Source: Bacteroidales bacterium (lineage in GTDB: Bacteria > Bacteroidota > Bacteroidia > Bacteroidales > 4484-276). Taken from it: a stretch of DNA of 47,690 bases. The DNA is taken from NCBI GenBank assembly GCA_012523265.1, contig JAAYIU010000437.1, positions 1-47,690 on the forward strand, read 5' to 3'. The notes under the pieces are model-generated. The model saw only the letters and a program-made list of their open reading frames with translations, searched no databases and was not told the DNA's origin. The translations under genes were made by a program, and so were the position numbers. How positions within the stretch are numbered: the stretch's first letter is position 1; every line of letters begins with the position of its first letter. Below are positions 18,525 through 29,143 of the stretch, one piece after another.

Positions 18525-19715
18525 TTACGCCAAAACTTCGTTTACCAGCCGTGCTGCATCTTCGAGGGCGATGGCGGAATGAACTTTCAGGCCCGACTTG
18601 TCGATAAGCTCTTTGCCTTCGGCGGCGTTGGTGCCTTGCAGGCGGACGATGATGGGGATTCGGATGTCGCCGATATTTTTGTAAGCATCCACGATGCCTT
18701 GCGCTACGCGGTCGCAGCGGACGATGCCGCCAAAGATATTGACCAAAATGGCTTTTACGTTTTCGTCTTTGAGGATGATGCGGAAGCCTTCTTCTACGCG
18801 CTTGGCGTTGGCCGAACCTCCTACGTCGAGAAAGTTGGCCGGGTCGCCGCCCGACATTTTTATCATGTCCATGGTTGCCATGGCCAGCCCGGCGCCATTG
18901 ACCATGCATCCCACGTTGCCATTAAGTTTCACATAGTTAAGGTCGTAGCGGCTGGCTTCTACCTCTATGGGGTCTTCTTCGGCGAGGTCGCGCATGTGGG
19001 CGATGTCAGGATGACGGAACAAGGCGTTGTTGTCGATAGAAACTTTGGCATCTACAGCAAAAACACCCTCGTCGGAAGTACGCACCACCGGGTTGATCTC
19101 GAAAAGTGAGGCGTCGCTGCCCACATAAGCTTTGTATAATGCTGATGCAAATTTCACCATGTTTTTGAACGAGGTGCCGCTCAGTCCCAGGTTAAAAGCG
19201 ATACGGCGCGCCTGGAAGCCTTGCAGCCCCATGCATGGGTCGATTTCCTCGGTAAAAATCTGGTCGGGCGTTTCTTCGGCTACTTTCTCGATGTCCATAC
19301 CACCGCGTGGGGAATACATCAGCATATTGCGGCCCGTCTTGCGGTTGAGCAGCACACTCATGTAATACTCCTGAATTTCGGCCTTCCCGGGGAAATAGAT
19401 GTCCTGCTGAATCAATACCTTGCTCACCAGTTTGCCCTCCGCTGAGGTTTGTGGTGTCACCAGGTGCATCCCGATGATTTTATCGGCCAGCTCTTTTACC
19501 TGGTCGAGCGATTTTGCCAATTTAACGCCGCCGCCTTTGCCACGTCCGCCGGCATGTATCTGGGCTTTGACCACCCACATGGCGGTGCCGGTTTGTTTTT
19601 GTAAAGTCTTGGCAGCTTCCACGGCTGATTCGGGTGAGTCGGCAACGATGCCCTCGGGAACGGCTACTCCATAAGATTGTAAAATAGATTTGCCTTGGTA
19701 TTCGTGTAAATTCAT
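18525..19715 (-). CDS. sucC: succinate--CoA ligase (ADP-forming) beta subunit
   Basis: 396 aa (MNLHEYQGKSILQSYGV..., ATP-grasp domain plus CoA-ligase domain). Confidence 0.95.
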   Translation of the reverse strand: MNLHEYQGKSILQSYGVAVPEGIVADSPESAVEAAKTLQKQTGTAMWVVKAQIHAGGRGKGGGVKLAKSLDQVKELADKIIGMHLVTPQTSAEGKLVSKVLIQQDIYFPGKAEIQEYYMSVLLNRKTGRNMLMYSPRGGMDIEKVAEETPDQIFTEEIDPCMGLQGFQARRIAFNLGLSGTSFKNMVKFASALYKAYVGSDASLFEINPVVRTSDEGVFAVDAKVSIDNNALFRHPDIAHMRDLAEEDPIEVEASRYDLNYVKLNGNVGCMVNGAGLAMATMDMIKMSGGDPANFLDVGGSANAKRVEEGFRIILKDENVKAILVNIFGGIVRCDRVAQGIVDAYKNIGDIRIPIIVRLQGTNAAEGKELIDKSGLKVHSAIALEDAARLVNEVLA

Positions 19716-19753
19716 GCGTGTAGATTATTAAAGTTTTTGTGCTGATGCGGCGA

Positions 19754-19761
19754 CAAAATTA
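19754..19761 (-). promoter_or_regulatory. -7 promoter box (TAatTTTG) for sucC
   Basis: The plus strand reads caaaatta. It lies 39 nt upstream of the sucC ATG. Confidence 0.45.
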
Positions 19762-19872
19762 TTACTTTTCGCCAATCTCATTCATACTAAAACAGAGTGT
19801 TTTGCGATATTACCATGTGCGCCTGGCTATCAGGCGTCTATCTTAACAAACATTGCAGACTGAAAACGATTT

Positions 19873-22314
19873 ATGCACAAGAGATGGGTTTTAATAATTT
19901 TTACGGTAATGATAGTTGTTTCGGTTTTTGCCATCCGACCCGAAGGCGGAAGACTGGCCGAAATTACCCGCACTGCTACACCGCCGCGCATCGATGGTCT
20001 CACCGATGAAGACGTCTGGCAAAATGCCATGCTTCTTTCGGGCTTTTTGCAGTACAATCCCGATTATGGCCGCCCTGCCACACAAACTACCGAAGTTTTT
20101 CTGCTTTACGACGATGCTGCCATTTATGTGGCTGCCCGCATGTTCGACACTGCCCCCGACAGCATTCTTACACAGCTGGGCAACCGCGACGATGGTGGCC
20201 TCAACGCCGATTGGTTTGGTGTACAGTTCGATACCTACAACAATCAGCTCGATGCCTATACTTTTAGGGTGTATGCTTCGGGAGTGCAGATGGACAACCG
20301 CGTGAGCGACTGGACTTACGATGCAGTATGGAAAAGCGCCGTGCGTATTGATGAGGCAGGCTGGAGTGTGGAGATGGAAATTCCCTGGTCGGCTTTGCGC
20401 TTCCCAAGTCAGCCGGTACAGATTTGGGGTTTACAGATGCAGCGTTATATCCGTCGCAACCGCGAAGATGCGCAATGGGCGCTGGGACATAAAGGTGTTC
20501 CAAACCAACTGGTGTACTGGGGAACGCTGGTTGGCCTACGCGACATAAAGCCTCCGGTGCGCCTGTCGCTTACGCCCTATTTTGCTGTTGCAGGATTACA
20601 CGATCAAAGCATTGAAGAAGCTGCAGGGCGTACCGCATACAGTTTTGGTGGTGGTGCTGATCTTAAGATAGGTCTCAACGAAAGTTATACCCTCGACATG
20701 ACATTGTTCCCGGATTTCAGTCAGGTGAAATCCGACAACAAAGTAAAAAACCTTAGCGCTTTCGAGACGGTTTACTCCGAGCAGCGTCCTTTTTTTAACG
20801 AAGCGGTGGATTTGTTTAAACAAGGCGGCTTGTTCTATTCACGACGCATTGGCGGTGTTCCGCTTTTGCGCGACGAAACCGAAGATTCCGCCACCAGTAC
20901 TGAAGTTGTCATTGAAAATCCGGCACAAACGCGCCTGCTGAACGCGATGAAAATTTCAGGCCGCGGCAATAACGGGCTGGCCATTGGTTTTCTCAATGCC
21001 TTTACGGGAAATACCTATGCTACTCTCGAAAATAATCAGGGAACCGCGCGCCGCGTACTCACCGATCCTTTTACCAACTACAACATCGTAGTGCTCGACC
21101 AGGCATTGCGCAACAACTCGTCGGCCTATCTGATCAATACCAGTGTGTTGCGCAGCAAGAAATTCGACGATGCCAACGTTACAGGAGGCGGTTTTAATTT
21201 GCTTAATGCAAAAAATACCTATCGTATTAATGCTTCGGGGGCTGTGAGTCAGAAATTTAATTTTGATGATGAAAGGTCTGATTACAATGTTCAGCGTGGC
21301 TATAAATATTATGCCTCCGCCGGACGTGTGAGTGGCAATTTTCAATTTAGCCTTTATCGTTCGGCTATGAACGACAGTTATGATGATAATGATCTGGGCA
21401 TCACGCACCGCAACGATTTCATCGAAAATGGTGCGGGCATCAATTACTACATCTTTGAGCCGGTGGGAATTTTGCGCAGCGCCAACAGCTATCTGCGGCT
21501 TAGCCGCCAAACGAGCTTTACCACCCGCAAAAACCTGAATTTTTTGCTTCAGGCCGGTGCCGGCATTACCTATCGCAACTACCTCAGCAACTGGGTTAAC
21601 TTTAATTCTTCGCTTGCCGAGCGCTACGACTATTACGATCCGCGCACCGAAGGACGTTTTATTATCCGCCCTGGGTACATCAGCGGCGACTTGAGATTCT
21701 CTACCGATTACAGGCGCTTGCTGGCGGCTGATGGCAGTGTGTGGATGTCCATTGATTCCGAAGGCTATTATAGCCGAACCTACAGTTTCAGCCCACGGGT
21801 GCGTATGAGCGACAAACTGTTTTTCGACTATAGCTTTCGCCTCGCTGTAACCGACAATTACAAAGGGTATGTTACCACCATCGATTCCACCAGCCAGATT
21901 ATTTATGGCAACCGCATCACCCAATCCGTCGAAAACGTAATGTCGGGACGCTTTATGTTTCGCAACAACCTCTCGCTGAGCCTTTGGATGCGGCACTATT
22001 GGTACAGGGGTACCTATGATAAATATTATTCGCTGGCCGAAGATGGCTATCTCATTCCCAACAGCAATTACTCCGAAAACAATGATTTTAATTTTAATAC
22101 TTTCAATCTTGATCTGGTTTTTAATTGGGAGTTTGCTCCCGGAAGCAACCTCAGTGTGGTATGGAAAAATTCGGTGGTGCAGGACGATGCCTTCATCATC
22201 GACAGCTTCATGGACAACCTGGACCACACCCTGCAGGCCGATCAGTTAAACCAGATTTCGGTGAAATTCCTCTATTATATCGACTACAGCTCTATCTTTA
22301 AAGGGCGGGGGTGA
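19873..22314 (+). CDS. DUF5916 / carbohydrate-binding family 9-like outer-membrane protein
   Basis: 813 aa with a signal anchor. The N-terminal segment (PPRIDGLTDEDVWQNA...FLQYNPDYGRPATQTTEVFLLYDDAAIYVAARMFD) is typical of CBM9/DUF5916 proteins, and the C-terminal half is beta-rich. Confidence 0.8.
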   Translation: MHKRWVLIIFTVMIVVSVFAIRPEGGRLAEITRTATPPRIDGLTDEDVWQNAMLLSGFLQYNPDYGRPATQTTEVFLLYDDAAIYVAARMFDTAPDSILTQLGNRDDGGLNADWFGVQFDTYNNQLDAYTFRVYASGVQMDNRVSDWTYDAVWKSAVRIDEAGWSVEMEIPWSALRFPSQPVQIWGLQMQRYIRRNREDAQWALGHKGVPNQLVYWGTLVGLRDIKPPVRLSLTPYFAVAGLHDQSIEEAAGRTAYSFGGGADLKIGLNESYTLDMTLFPDFSQVKSDNKVKNLSAFETVYSEQRPFFNEAVDLFKQGGLFYSRRIGGVPLLRDETEDSATSTEVVIENPAQTRLLNAMKISGRGNNGLAIGFLNAFTGNTYATLENNQGTARRVLTDPFTNYNIVVLDQALRNNSSAYLINTSVLRSKKFDDANVTGGGFNLLNAKNTYRINASGAVSQKFNFDDERSDYNVQRGYKYYASAGRVSGNFQFSLYRSAMNDSYDDNDLGITHRNDFIENGAGINYYIFEPVGILRSANSYLRLSRQTSFTTRKNLNFLLQAGAGITYRNYLSNWVNFNSSLAERYDYYDPRTEGRFIIRPGYISGDLRFSTDYRRLLAADGSVWMSIDSEGYYSRTYSFSPRVRMSDKLFFDYSFRLAVTDNYKGYVTTIDSTSQIIYGNRITQSVENVMSGRFMFRNNLSLSLWMRHYWYRGTYDKYYSLAEDGYLIPNSNYSENNDFNFNTFNLDLVFNWEFAPGSNLSVVWKNSVVQDDAFIIDSFMDNLDHTLQADQLNQISVKFLYYIDYSSIFKGRG

Positions 22315-22528
22315 TAGATCTTTCCTGGGCAAGCTCAGCACAGGCTGTTGTTCTTTGTTTTTCCTTCATTTTTATTAAAACCTTGAGCAAGAATACCTAA
22401 TATGCAATATTTAAAGCGTGGTGTTCGCGGCTCTCAAAATAGCACGACCTTTGCCCTTTATGAATTTGCTTCAAGCGTTTGTTGATGGTTTTTTTGGATG
22501 TTAAACAAATTTTTATTGATAAAAAATC

Positions 22529-23578
22529 ATGCTGAAATATCTCACCTGGTTAGCGCTGCTGCTGGCATTGCTGGCCATTGCGTTTGAATTATTCAGGCCT
22601 CCTGTCAGGCAGGTTGTGATGCCCTCCATGCCGCCACCGCCTGCAATGATTTATGTTCCGGAGCTGCCGCCTCTTCAGGAGGAAGAGCCGGAGGTGAAAG
22701 AGGTAGTGCGCAAAGTGCTGGTGCCGGCCATGAGTGTGAAAATTCCTTCAGAGGCTCATTTTGCCGGCGAAAGCGTGCCCCTCGACACCTTTTATGTTCG
22801 CGAAAGTTTTGAACGCGAACTCATCGTCAATACCTATTTTCACTCCTCTACGCTCATGTTGATGAAGAAGGCGCACCGCTGGTTTCCGGTCATCGAACCT
22901 ATCCTGGCGAAAAATAATATTCCGGAAGATTTTAAATTTATAGCACTCATCGAAAGTGGCCTCGACAATGTGACCTCACCCGCCGGAGCTTCCGGCTTCT
23001 GGCAGTTTCTGAAAGGCACGGCACGCGATTATAATCTGGAGGTGAACGATCATATCGACGAGCGCTATTATGTCGAAAAAGCCACCGAAGCCGCATGCCG
23101 TTATTTTCTGGATGCTTACAACACTTTTGGCAACTGGACACTTGTTGCCGCTGCCTTCAATGCTGGCCCTAAGCGTATCCGCGACTTGCTCAAACGCCAG
23201 CAAGTTTCTTCTTATTACGACCTGCAGATTCCCGAAGAAACCAACCGGTATGTCTATCGCATCCTTGCCGTGAAAACTATTTTTGCCAATCCCGTCACCT
23301 ATGGCTTTCACGTGAAGTTTGACGAGCTTTATCCGCAGGTGCCCACCCGCGATGTTGTGGTAAATCATTCGGTGAGAGATCTGGTGATTTTTGCGCAACA
23401 AAACGGGATAAGTTATAAAACCCTCCGGATTTTCAATCCCTGGATTCGCAAGGACGAATTGCCCAACCACAGCGGAAGAACCTATACGCTGAAAATCCCT
23501 GAAGTTGATCACCTTCGTTACTCTACCCTTGGTGACGAACCTTTGCCTGACGCCGCCAAAAGCACCATCAATCCATAG
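22529..23578 (+). CDS. lytic transglycosylase (SLT) domain protein
   Basis: 349 aa with an N-terminal TM helix and the SLT catalytic region FIALIESGLDNVTSPAGASGFWQFLKGTARDY. Confidence 0.8.
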   Translation: MLKYLTWLALLLALLAIAFELFRPPVRQVVMPSMPPPPAMIYVPELPPLQEEEPEVKEVVRKVLVPAMSVKIPSEAHFAGESVPLDTFYVRESFERELIVNTYFHSSTLMLMKKAHRWFPVIEPILAKNNIPEDFKFIALIESGLDNVTSPAGASGFWQFLKGTARDYNLEVNDHIDERYYVEKATEAACRYFLDAYNTFGNWTLVAAAFNAGPKRIRDLLKRQQVSSYYDLQIPEETNRYVYRILAVKTIFANPVTYGFHVKFDELYPQVPTRDVVVNHSVRDLVIFAQQNGISYKTLRIFNPWIRKDELPNHSGRTYTLKIPEVDHLRYSTLGDEPLPDAAKSTINP

Positions 23579-23708
23579 CTGCCATTAATAATAAAACCGA
23601 AAATTGTAGGTTGGTCTTTTAAAAATTTCTATTTTGACCGTCACCAGTTGCTTACTTTTCTGCCGATAGTTTGTTTTTTGATTATTAAAGAAAAAGCCAA
23701 ATTAAATA

Positions 23709-24029
23709 ATGACTGATACAAAACAAGTCCACGTCCGGATAGAAAGAGAGAGAGATCAGCAGCAGTATCTTTCGGTCGCGCTCAGCGGCGCTCTTACCAT
23801 CGATCACGTAGCTGATGTGCAGCAGCAGTTGTTGCAACATCTCGATGCCGTTCAGGGGGTTCGGTTGTCGATAGATGAAGCCGACGAGATGGATCTGCCA
23901 TTTTATCAATTGTTGATTTCTTTGCAACAGACATTGATAAAGCAAAACAAAGAATTTAGTGCGACGATATTGTTGGATGAAGAAAAGGAAGAGCTTTTCA
24001 GGAGGGCTGGTTTTGAATTTAATTTTTAA
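23709..24029 (+). CDS. STAS domain protein
   Basis: 106 aa with STAS-like alternation (LSVALSGALTIDHVADVQQQLLQHL...RLSIDEADEMDLPFYQLLISL). There is no phosphorylatable Ser at the SpoIIAA-equivalent position (DLPF instead of DSSG). It lies 11 nt upstream of cheY. Confidence 0.65.
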   Translation: MTDTKQVHVRIERERDQQQYLSVALSGALTIDHVADVQQQLLQHLDAVQGVRLSIDEADEMDLPFYQLLISLQQTLIKQNKEFSATILLDEEKEELFRRAGFEFNF

Positions 24030-24040
24030 ATAAAAAAAAC

Positions 24041-24415
24041 ATGAACCAGGAAAAACGGACGGTAGTTTTTGTTGACGATTCGGCGAGCATGCGCGAAGCC
24101 GTGGGATGCATCCTGCAGCAAAACGGATATACTGTGCTCAAAGCCGGCGACGGGCAGGATTCATTGAAATATTTTGAAGGCACCCCCGTGGATTTGCTTA
24201 TCACCGATCTGCACATGCCGCGCATGAATGGTATCGAATTGATACAAACCCTGCGCAATAGTTCCCGCTACAGGTATTTGCCTATTTTGGTGCTAACCAC
24301 CGAAGCGCAGGTTGCCCAAAAAATGGAAGCCAAACGCGCCGGAGCTACCGGCTGGCAGGTGAAACCTTTTACACCCGAAAACCTCATGGCCGTTATCCGC
24401 CGCGTTATTCATTAA
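24041..24415 (+). CDS. cheY: chemotaxis response regulator CheY
   Basis: 124 aa single REC domain (VFVDDS, LLITDLHMPRMNG, VLTT, VKPF). Confidence 0.92.
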   Translation: MNQEKRTVVFVDDSASMREAVGCILQQNGYTVLKAGDGQDSLKYFEGTPVDLLITDLHMPRMNGIELIQTLRNSSRYRYLPILVLTTEAQVAQKMEAKRAGATGWQVKPFTPENLMAVIRRVIH

Positions 24416-24434
24416 TAAATTTCTTCAAGATTGT

Positions 24435-26573
24435 ATGAACCAGGCTGTAGAATCACCGAACGACCAATTTGCCATCGACATGGTGATGTTGAAGCAAAAA
24501 TTTACCGAGGAAGCGCATGAGCTGATCAATGACCTGGAAAATGCCATTTTGCTTCTCGAAAAAAATGCCGGCGACACACAGCAGATTGAAGCGGTGTTCA
24601 GAGCTATGCACACCCTCAAAGGCAGTGGCGGCATGTTTGGTTACCACAAGATCAGCGAGTTTACGCACGACCTGGAAACCATCTACGATTTTGTTCGCAA
24701 TGGCGATATCACCGTTACCAAGCCATTGCTCGACATCACCCTGCAGGCTGTCGATCATCTTAAAATATTGATAAAATATGGCGATGATATCGACGAACAA
24801 AACACCAAAAATCATCACCAGTTTACCGAAAGCATCCGGGTTTTTGTGCAGAAACAATTAGCGCCTTTCGATTCGCAGAGTGACGCCGGGACAGACAGAG
24901 CAGCGCTAAATGACTCTAATCCCATCATCACCTGGCGCATTCTTTTCAAGCCGCAGATAGATTTGTTTCGTAATGGCAGCAACCCGCTCTATCTCATCGA
25001 CGAGCTGCATACCTATGGCAACGCCGTATCCATTCCTCACACAAGGGCGGTGCCTGACTTGTCAGAAATCGACACCGAAAAATGCTACCTCTGGTGGGAA
25101 ATATTTATTGCCACCCGGCAATCCAAAGAAGCGCTGAATGACGTTTTTATTTTTGTTGAAGATGATTCGTACATCGAAGTGACCAAGATCGGCGATGGTG
25201 ATCTTTTTGATGAGAGCCGCTTTCGCGAATATCTCGATAAACTCTGGAATGAACAGTTGCAGGTTGATATTAACGAGCTGGAAAAAATTGTGCAAAGCCG
25301 CAATGCTTTGCATCAGCCGGCGCCGGCGGTAAGCCATTCAGTAGCAGAAGGGGATGAGGAAACCAAACCGTCGGCCGACAACAATTCTGCTGTCACCACC
25401 GATGAAAAGCTTTCGAGTATTCGTGTTGCCACGCCAAAGATCGACTCGCTGATGAATTTGGTGAGCGAGCTGGTAACGTTGCAGGCGCGGCTGAGTGGCT
25501 ACGCCGGGCAACACGACGACGACGGTTTGACAGCGCTAACCGAAAATCTTTCTACACTATCCAAACAGCTTCGCGAGGCTGCCTTTAGCATCTCATTGGT
25601 TCCTTTTGGCAGCATTACTACCCGTTTTCAGCGGCTTGTGCGCGACCTTTCCGACAATCTTAATAAAAAAACAAACCTGGTGGTGGAAGGGCAAAATACC
25701 GAACTTGACAAAACGATAGTGGAGCGCATCGCCGATCCGTTGATGCACATCATCCGCAACTGTATCGACCATGGCATCGAAAGCCCGGAAGAGCGTGTGC
25801 GCAATGGGAAATCCGAAACCGGCACTATTCATCTGCGGGCACTTCATGTGGGCAACACCATTCATATCGAAGTAAACGACGATGGCGCCGGCATAGATGC
25901 GGATGCGTTGATGCGCAAAGCCATCGAGCGAAAAGTGATCCTGGCCAATGTTGCCTTGACACACGAGCAGAAAATTCAGCTCATCTTTTCTCCGGGTCTT
26001 ACCACAGCCCGCTCTGTGACTGATGTATCTGGCCGTGGAGTGGGCATGGACGTGGTGCAACAACGCGTTGCAGGGCTGCGCGGCGAAATTCGGATAAAAT
26101 CACAACCTGGCGCCGGAACCCGCATCACGCTGGTGGTGCCGCTTACTCTAAGCATCATCGACGGGATGCACGTGCGAATAGGCGAGGTGAGTTACATTAT
26201 TCCTATCAATGCTGTGCAACAGATACATTCGGTGCAAATGCAAAACCTGCGCAATGCTTTCGACAACGTGTTGGCGATTGAGGGCGAGCAAGTGCCTTTT
26301 TTCTGGCTACGCAAACATTTCGGCCTGGATTCGACAACTCCCGAGCGTTGTGAAATGGTAACCGTTCGTTATGGCCGGCAGCAGGCCGGGTTGGTTGTTG
26401 ATAAGGTGATGGGAGAGGTGCAAGTCGTTCTGAAACCGCTGGGGCGCGCTTACCGGCAGCAGAAGTTTATATCGGGAGCTACTGTGATGGGCGACGGGAC
26501 AGTAGCGCTGGTGTTGGATACAAATGAAATAATTTCGCGATTTTTGCCCCAAAAATTAGCAACTGATAAATGA
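24435..26573 (+). CDS. cheA: chemotaxis histidine kinase CheA
   Basis: 712 aa with Hpt (FRAMHTLKGSGGMFG), a dimerisation domain, HATPase (IRNCIDHGIE, DDGAGID, GRGVGMD) and a C-terminal CheW-like domain. Confidence 0.95.
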   Translation: MNQAVESPNDQFAIDMVMLKQKFTEEAHELINDLENAILLLEKNAGDTQQIEAVFRAMHTLKGSGGMFGYHKISEFTHDLETIYDFVRNGDITVTKPLLDITLQAVDHLKILIKYGDDIDEQNTKNHHQFTESIRVFVQKQLAPFDSQSDAGTDRAALNDSNPIITWRILFKPQIDLFRNGSNPLYLIDELHTYGNAVSIPHTRAVPDLSEIDTEKCYLWWEIFIATRQSKEALNDVFIFVEDDSYIEVTKIGDGDLFDESRFREYLDKLWNEQLQVDINELEKIVQSRNALHQPAPAVSHSVAEGDEETKPSADNNSAVTTDEKLSSIRVATPKIDSLMNLVSELVTLQARLSGYAGQHDDDGLTALTENLSTLSKQLREAAFSISLVPFGSITTRFQRLVRDLSDNLNKKTNLVVEGQNTELDKTIVERIADPLMHIIRNCIDHGIESPEERVRNGKSETGTIHLRALHVGNTIHIEVNDDGAGIDADALMRKAIERKVILANVALTHEQKIQLIFSPGLTTARSVTDVSGRGVGMDVVQQRVAGLRGEIRIKSQPGAGTRITLVVPLTLSIIDGMHVRIGEVSYIIPINAVQQIHSVQMQNLRNAFDNVLAIEGEQVPFFWLRKHFGLDSTTPERCEMVTVRYGRQQAGLVVDKVMGEVQVVLKPLGRAYRQQKFISGATVMGDGTVALVLDTNEIISRFLPQKLATDK

Positions 26574-27103
26574 ACATGAATTACAACAGCAGCAATCAAT
26601 CTTATTTAACCTTTCAGTTGGCAAACGAAATCTTTGCTATCCACGCAGGTCGTGTCATCAAAATACTGGAGATGCAAAAAATTACGGAAGTCCCACGGGC
26701 ACCTTCTTTTATGAAGGGTGTAATTAATCTGCGTGGCGATGTGTTGCCGGTAATCGATGCGCGCGAGAAGTTTGGGATGATGGCCACTGCTTATGGGCAG
26801 CGTACCTGCATACTCGTGCTCACGGTTACTTCCGAAAATGAAACACTGCAGGTTGGCGCCATTGTAGATGCCGTACTGGATGTGGTAAAATATCCTGATG
26901 ATCAGATCAAAAAAGCTCCCGCACTCGGCAGCCGCTATTCTTCGGAGGTGGTGGCCGGAGTGATGAAGACAGAAGACGATTTCATTATAATATTAAATGT
27001 CGACCATGTTTTTTCGACTGACGAAATTATCAGCCTGAACGAAAACATGCAGTCACAAACCGAAAATTTATCCGCATCAAGTCAAACAAAATCAAAACAA
27101 TAA
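26570..27103 (+). CDS. cheW: chemotaxis coupling protein CheW
   Basis: 177 aa CheW fold (YLTFQLANEIFAI..., INLRGDVLPVID). Its start overlaps the cheA stop (ATGA). Confidence 0.92.
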   Translation: MNMNYNSSNQSYLTFQLANEIFAIHAGRVIKILEMQKITEVPRAPSFMKGVINLRGDVLPVIDAREKFGMMATAYGQRTCILVLTVTSENETLQVGAIVDAVLDVVKYPDDQIKKAPALGSRYSSEVVAGVMKTEDDFIIILNVDHVFSTDEIISLNENMQSQTENLSASSQTKSKQ

Positions 27104-27115
27104 CAGGAGGCAACT

Positions 27116-29143
27116 ATGGCATGGAAAGATCTTAAACTGGCTGCAAAACTGGGCGTAGGCTTTGGCATCATCATCCTGATATTAATAACAGTAGGAACCA
27201 TTTCGCTGCTCGAATTTCGTAAGATAGAAAAAGATTCGGCGCGTATTGCCGAGTGCAGCCTTCCGCAGGTAATCATCGCCAACAGCCTGGAGCGGCAGGC
27301 TATGAAGATCACCAAAAACCTCAACACCTTTGCCCTGACCAACGAGCCGCAACTGCTCGAAAAAACGGCTGCCATCATCAGGCAGGTGGAAGATGTGGTT
27401 CACAATGCCGACAGGCAATACAGCGGGTTGGGCTTGTCGTCGCGGTTTGTTGAGCAACTTAATAACGTAAGAAATTCTTTACCCGAATTTGAGGTGCTGA
27501 TGCAGAATATGAAGCTGCAAAGCGAAAAGCTGCTCGTCGACCGGAGTCTGATGGATGAGGCATCAGCCATTTTTCTCGACAACTGTTACAGCTATGCCGG
27601 AAATCAACAGGCAATTATGGCCCGACAAATCGACAATCGCAATGCACAGCAACGCCAGCTCGACAACATTGTCCTTATCAACAACCTGATCGACCGCGGC
27701 AACCAGATGCGCATCGAAAACTTTAAAGCACAGGCAAAGCTTACGCTTTCGCAGATGTCAGGTTTCAACACGTATTTCGATGAAATCGACCACTTGATCA
27801 CCAGCCTCGAATCACGCACCACCGATAACCAAAGTGTGCTGCTGCTCGGAAATATCCGCAACTCGGCACAAAGCTACCACGATGTTACCAACGATTTTGT
27901 TAACACCTACAACCTGCTGCAGCAGTACAATGAGCAGGTAACAACTATGGGCACCGGATTGGAAACAGTTTTTAGCGATCTGGCCGCAGGCAGCCTCCGC
28001 GAGTCGCTCGACTTTACCAGCAGCACCACCGTCAAATCGCAGTCGTCGCTGCGCATACTTTTTATCGGACTACTCATCGCCATAATTATCAGCATATTGC
28101 TTGGATGGCAGATTTCGCGCAGCATCACCCGCTCGCTAAAAAAAGGTGTAGCCTTTGCCCGCGAAATAGCTGACGGAAATCTACAGGCCAACATCGACAT
28201 CGACCAGAAAGATGAGTTTGGCGAGCTGGCCGAAACCCTGCGGCAGATGAAAGATAAACTCAGCGAGGTGATCGTCTCGGTGCAGGCTGCCGCCGGATAT
28301 ATTGCCGAAGCCAGCAACCAGATGAGCCTCACTTCGCAGGATGTATCGCACGGCAGCACACGCCAGGCTTCGTCGGCAGAAGAGATTTCGGCATCGATGC
28401 AACAGATGTCGGCCAGCATCTCCCACAACACCTCCAATGCCCAGCGTACCGAGCAAATTGCTGATGTGGCGACCGGAAAAATGAAACAAGGCTCGGAGAC
28501 CGTGCAGCAATTGGCCCAGGCGATTCGCGAAATTGCCGAACGCATCACCATCATTGGCGATATTGCTTATCAAACCAACATCCTCTCGCTCAACGCAGCT
28601 GTAGAAGCGGCCCGTGCCGGAGAGCAGGGACGTGGCTTTGCAGTGGTGGCCGATGAGGTGAAAAAACTTGCCGAGCGCAGTCAAAAAGCAGCTACGGAGA
28701 TCAACCGTGTGTCGGGAGCCGGCGTAAAACTTGCCGAACATTCGCAGCAGCTCTTTGGCGAGATTATGCCCAAGATCGACGAAACCCTGCGCCTGGTGCA
28801 GCAGATCACCGCCCAGAGCCTGGAACAGGATTCGGGGGCCTCATTGGTGAATGATTCTATTCAGCAGCTCAATCAGGTGATACAGCAAAATGCCGCCGCC
28901 GCCGAAGAGATGGCCACCAACAGCGAAGAACTCGCCAGCCAGGCACAGCAGATGAAAGACATCATGAGCTTTTTCAAAACCGGAAAAGAATACCGCCAAC
29001 AATTGCACAACCAGCATTATCAGCGATACAACAGCCATTATCCACAGCAAAACCACCCGCTCACCATCGAGAGTAGCCAAAAAAAGGGCGTCAACCTTCG
29101 CCTGGATGATGACGATATTGATAAGGATTTCGAACGCTATTAG
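27116..29143 (+). CDS. methyl-accepting chemotaxis protein
   Basis: 675 aa with TM1, a roughly 280-aa helical periplasmic domain, TM2, HAMP and the MCP signalling domain ([40 protein letters not shown]). It has an acidic/aromatic tail ...[12 protein letters not shown]. Confidence 0.95.
   Translation: MAWKDLKLAAKLGVGFGIIILILITVGTISLLEFRKIEKDSARIAECSLPQVIIANSLERQAMKITKNLNTFALTNEPQLLEKTAAIIRQVEDVVHNADRQYSGLGLSSRFVEQLNNVRNSLPEFEVLMQNMKLQSEKLLVDRSLMDEASAIFLDNCYSYAGNQQAIMARQIDNRNAQQRQLDNIVLINNLIDRGNQMRIENFKAQAKLTLSQMSGFNTYFDEIDHLITSLESRTTDNQSVLLLGNIRNSAQSYHDVTNDFVNTYNLLQQYNEQVTTMGTGLETVFSDLAAGSLRESLDFTSSTTVKSQSSLRILFIGLLIAIIISILLGWQISRSITRSLKKGVAFAREIADGNLQANIDIDQKDEFGELAETLRQMKDKLSEVIVSVQAAAGYIAEASNQMSLTSQDVSHGSTRQASSAEEISASMQQMSASISHNTSNAQRTEQIADVATGKMKQGSETVQQLAQAIREIAERITIIGDIAYQTNILSLNAAVEAARAGEQGRGFAVVADEVKKLAERSQKAATEINRVSGAGVKLAEHSQQLFGEIMPKIDETLRLVQQITAQSLEQDSGASLVNDSIQQLNQVIQQNAAAAEEMATNSEELASQAQQMKDIMSFFKTGKEYRQQLHNQHYQRYNSHYPQQNHPLTIESSQKKGVNLRLDDDDIDKDFERY

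Noticed and set aside
18525-19715. sucC has no adjacent sucD.
   Set aside because: A strong terminator directly follows sucC. As far as I recall, unlinked sucC and sucD genes are common in Bacteroidota, so this is not evidence of anything unusual.
20956-22227. A 423-aa ORF lies antisense to the DUF5916 gene. Similar long antisense ORFs lie at 1537-2277, 12490-13245, 27907-28554, 31528-32175, 37018-37734 and 38811-39551.
   Set aside because: Each lies wholly inside a well-supported gene on the other strand. Each has the Ile/Val/Ala/Gly-rich, motif-free composition typical of shadow ORFs, and none has its own promoter box.
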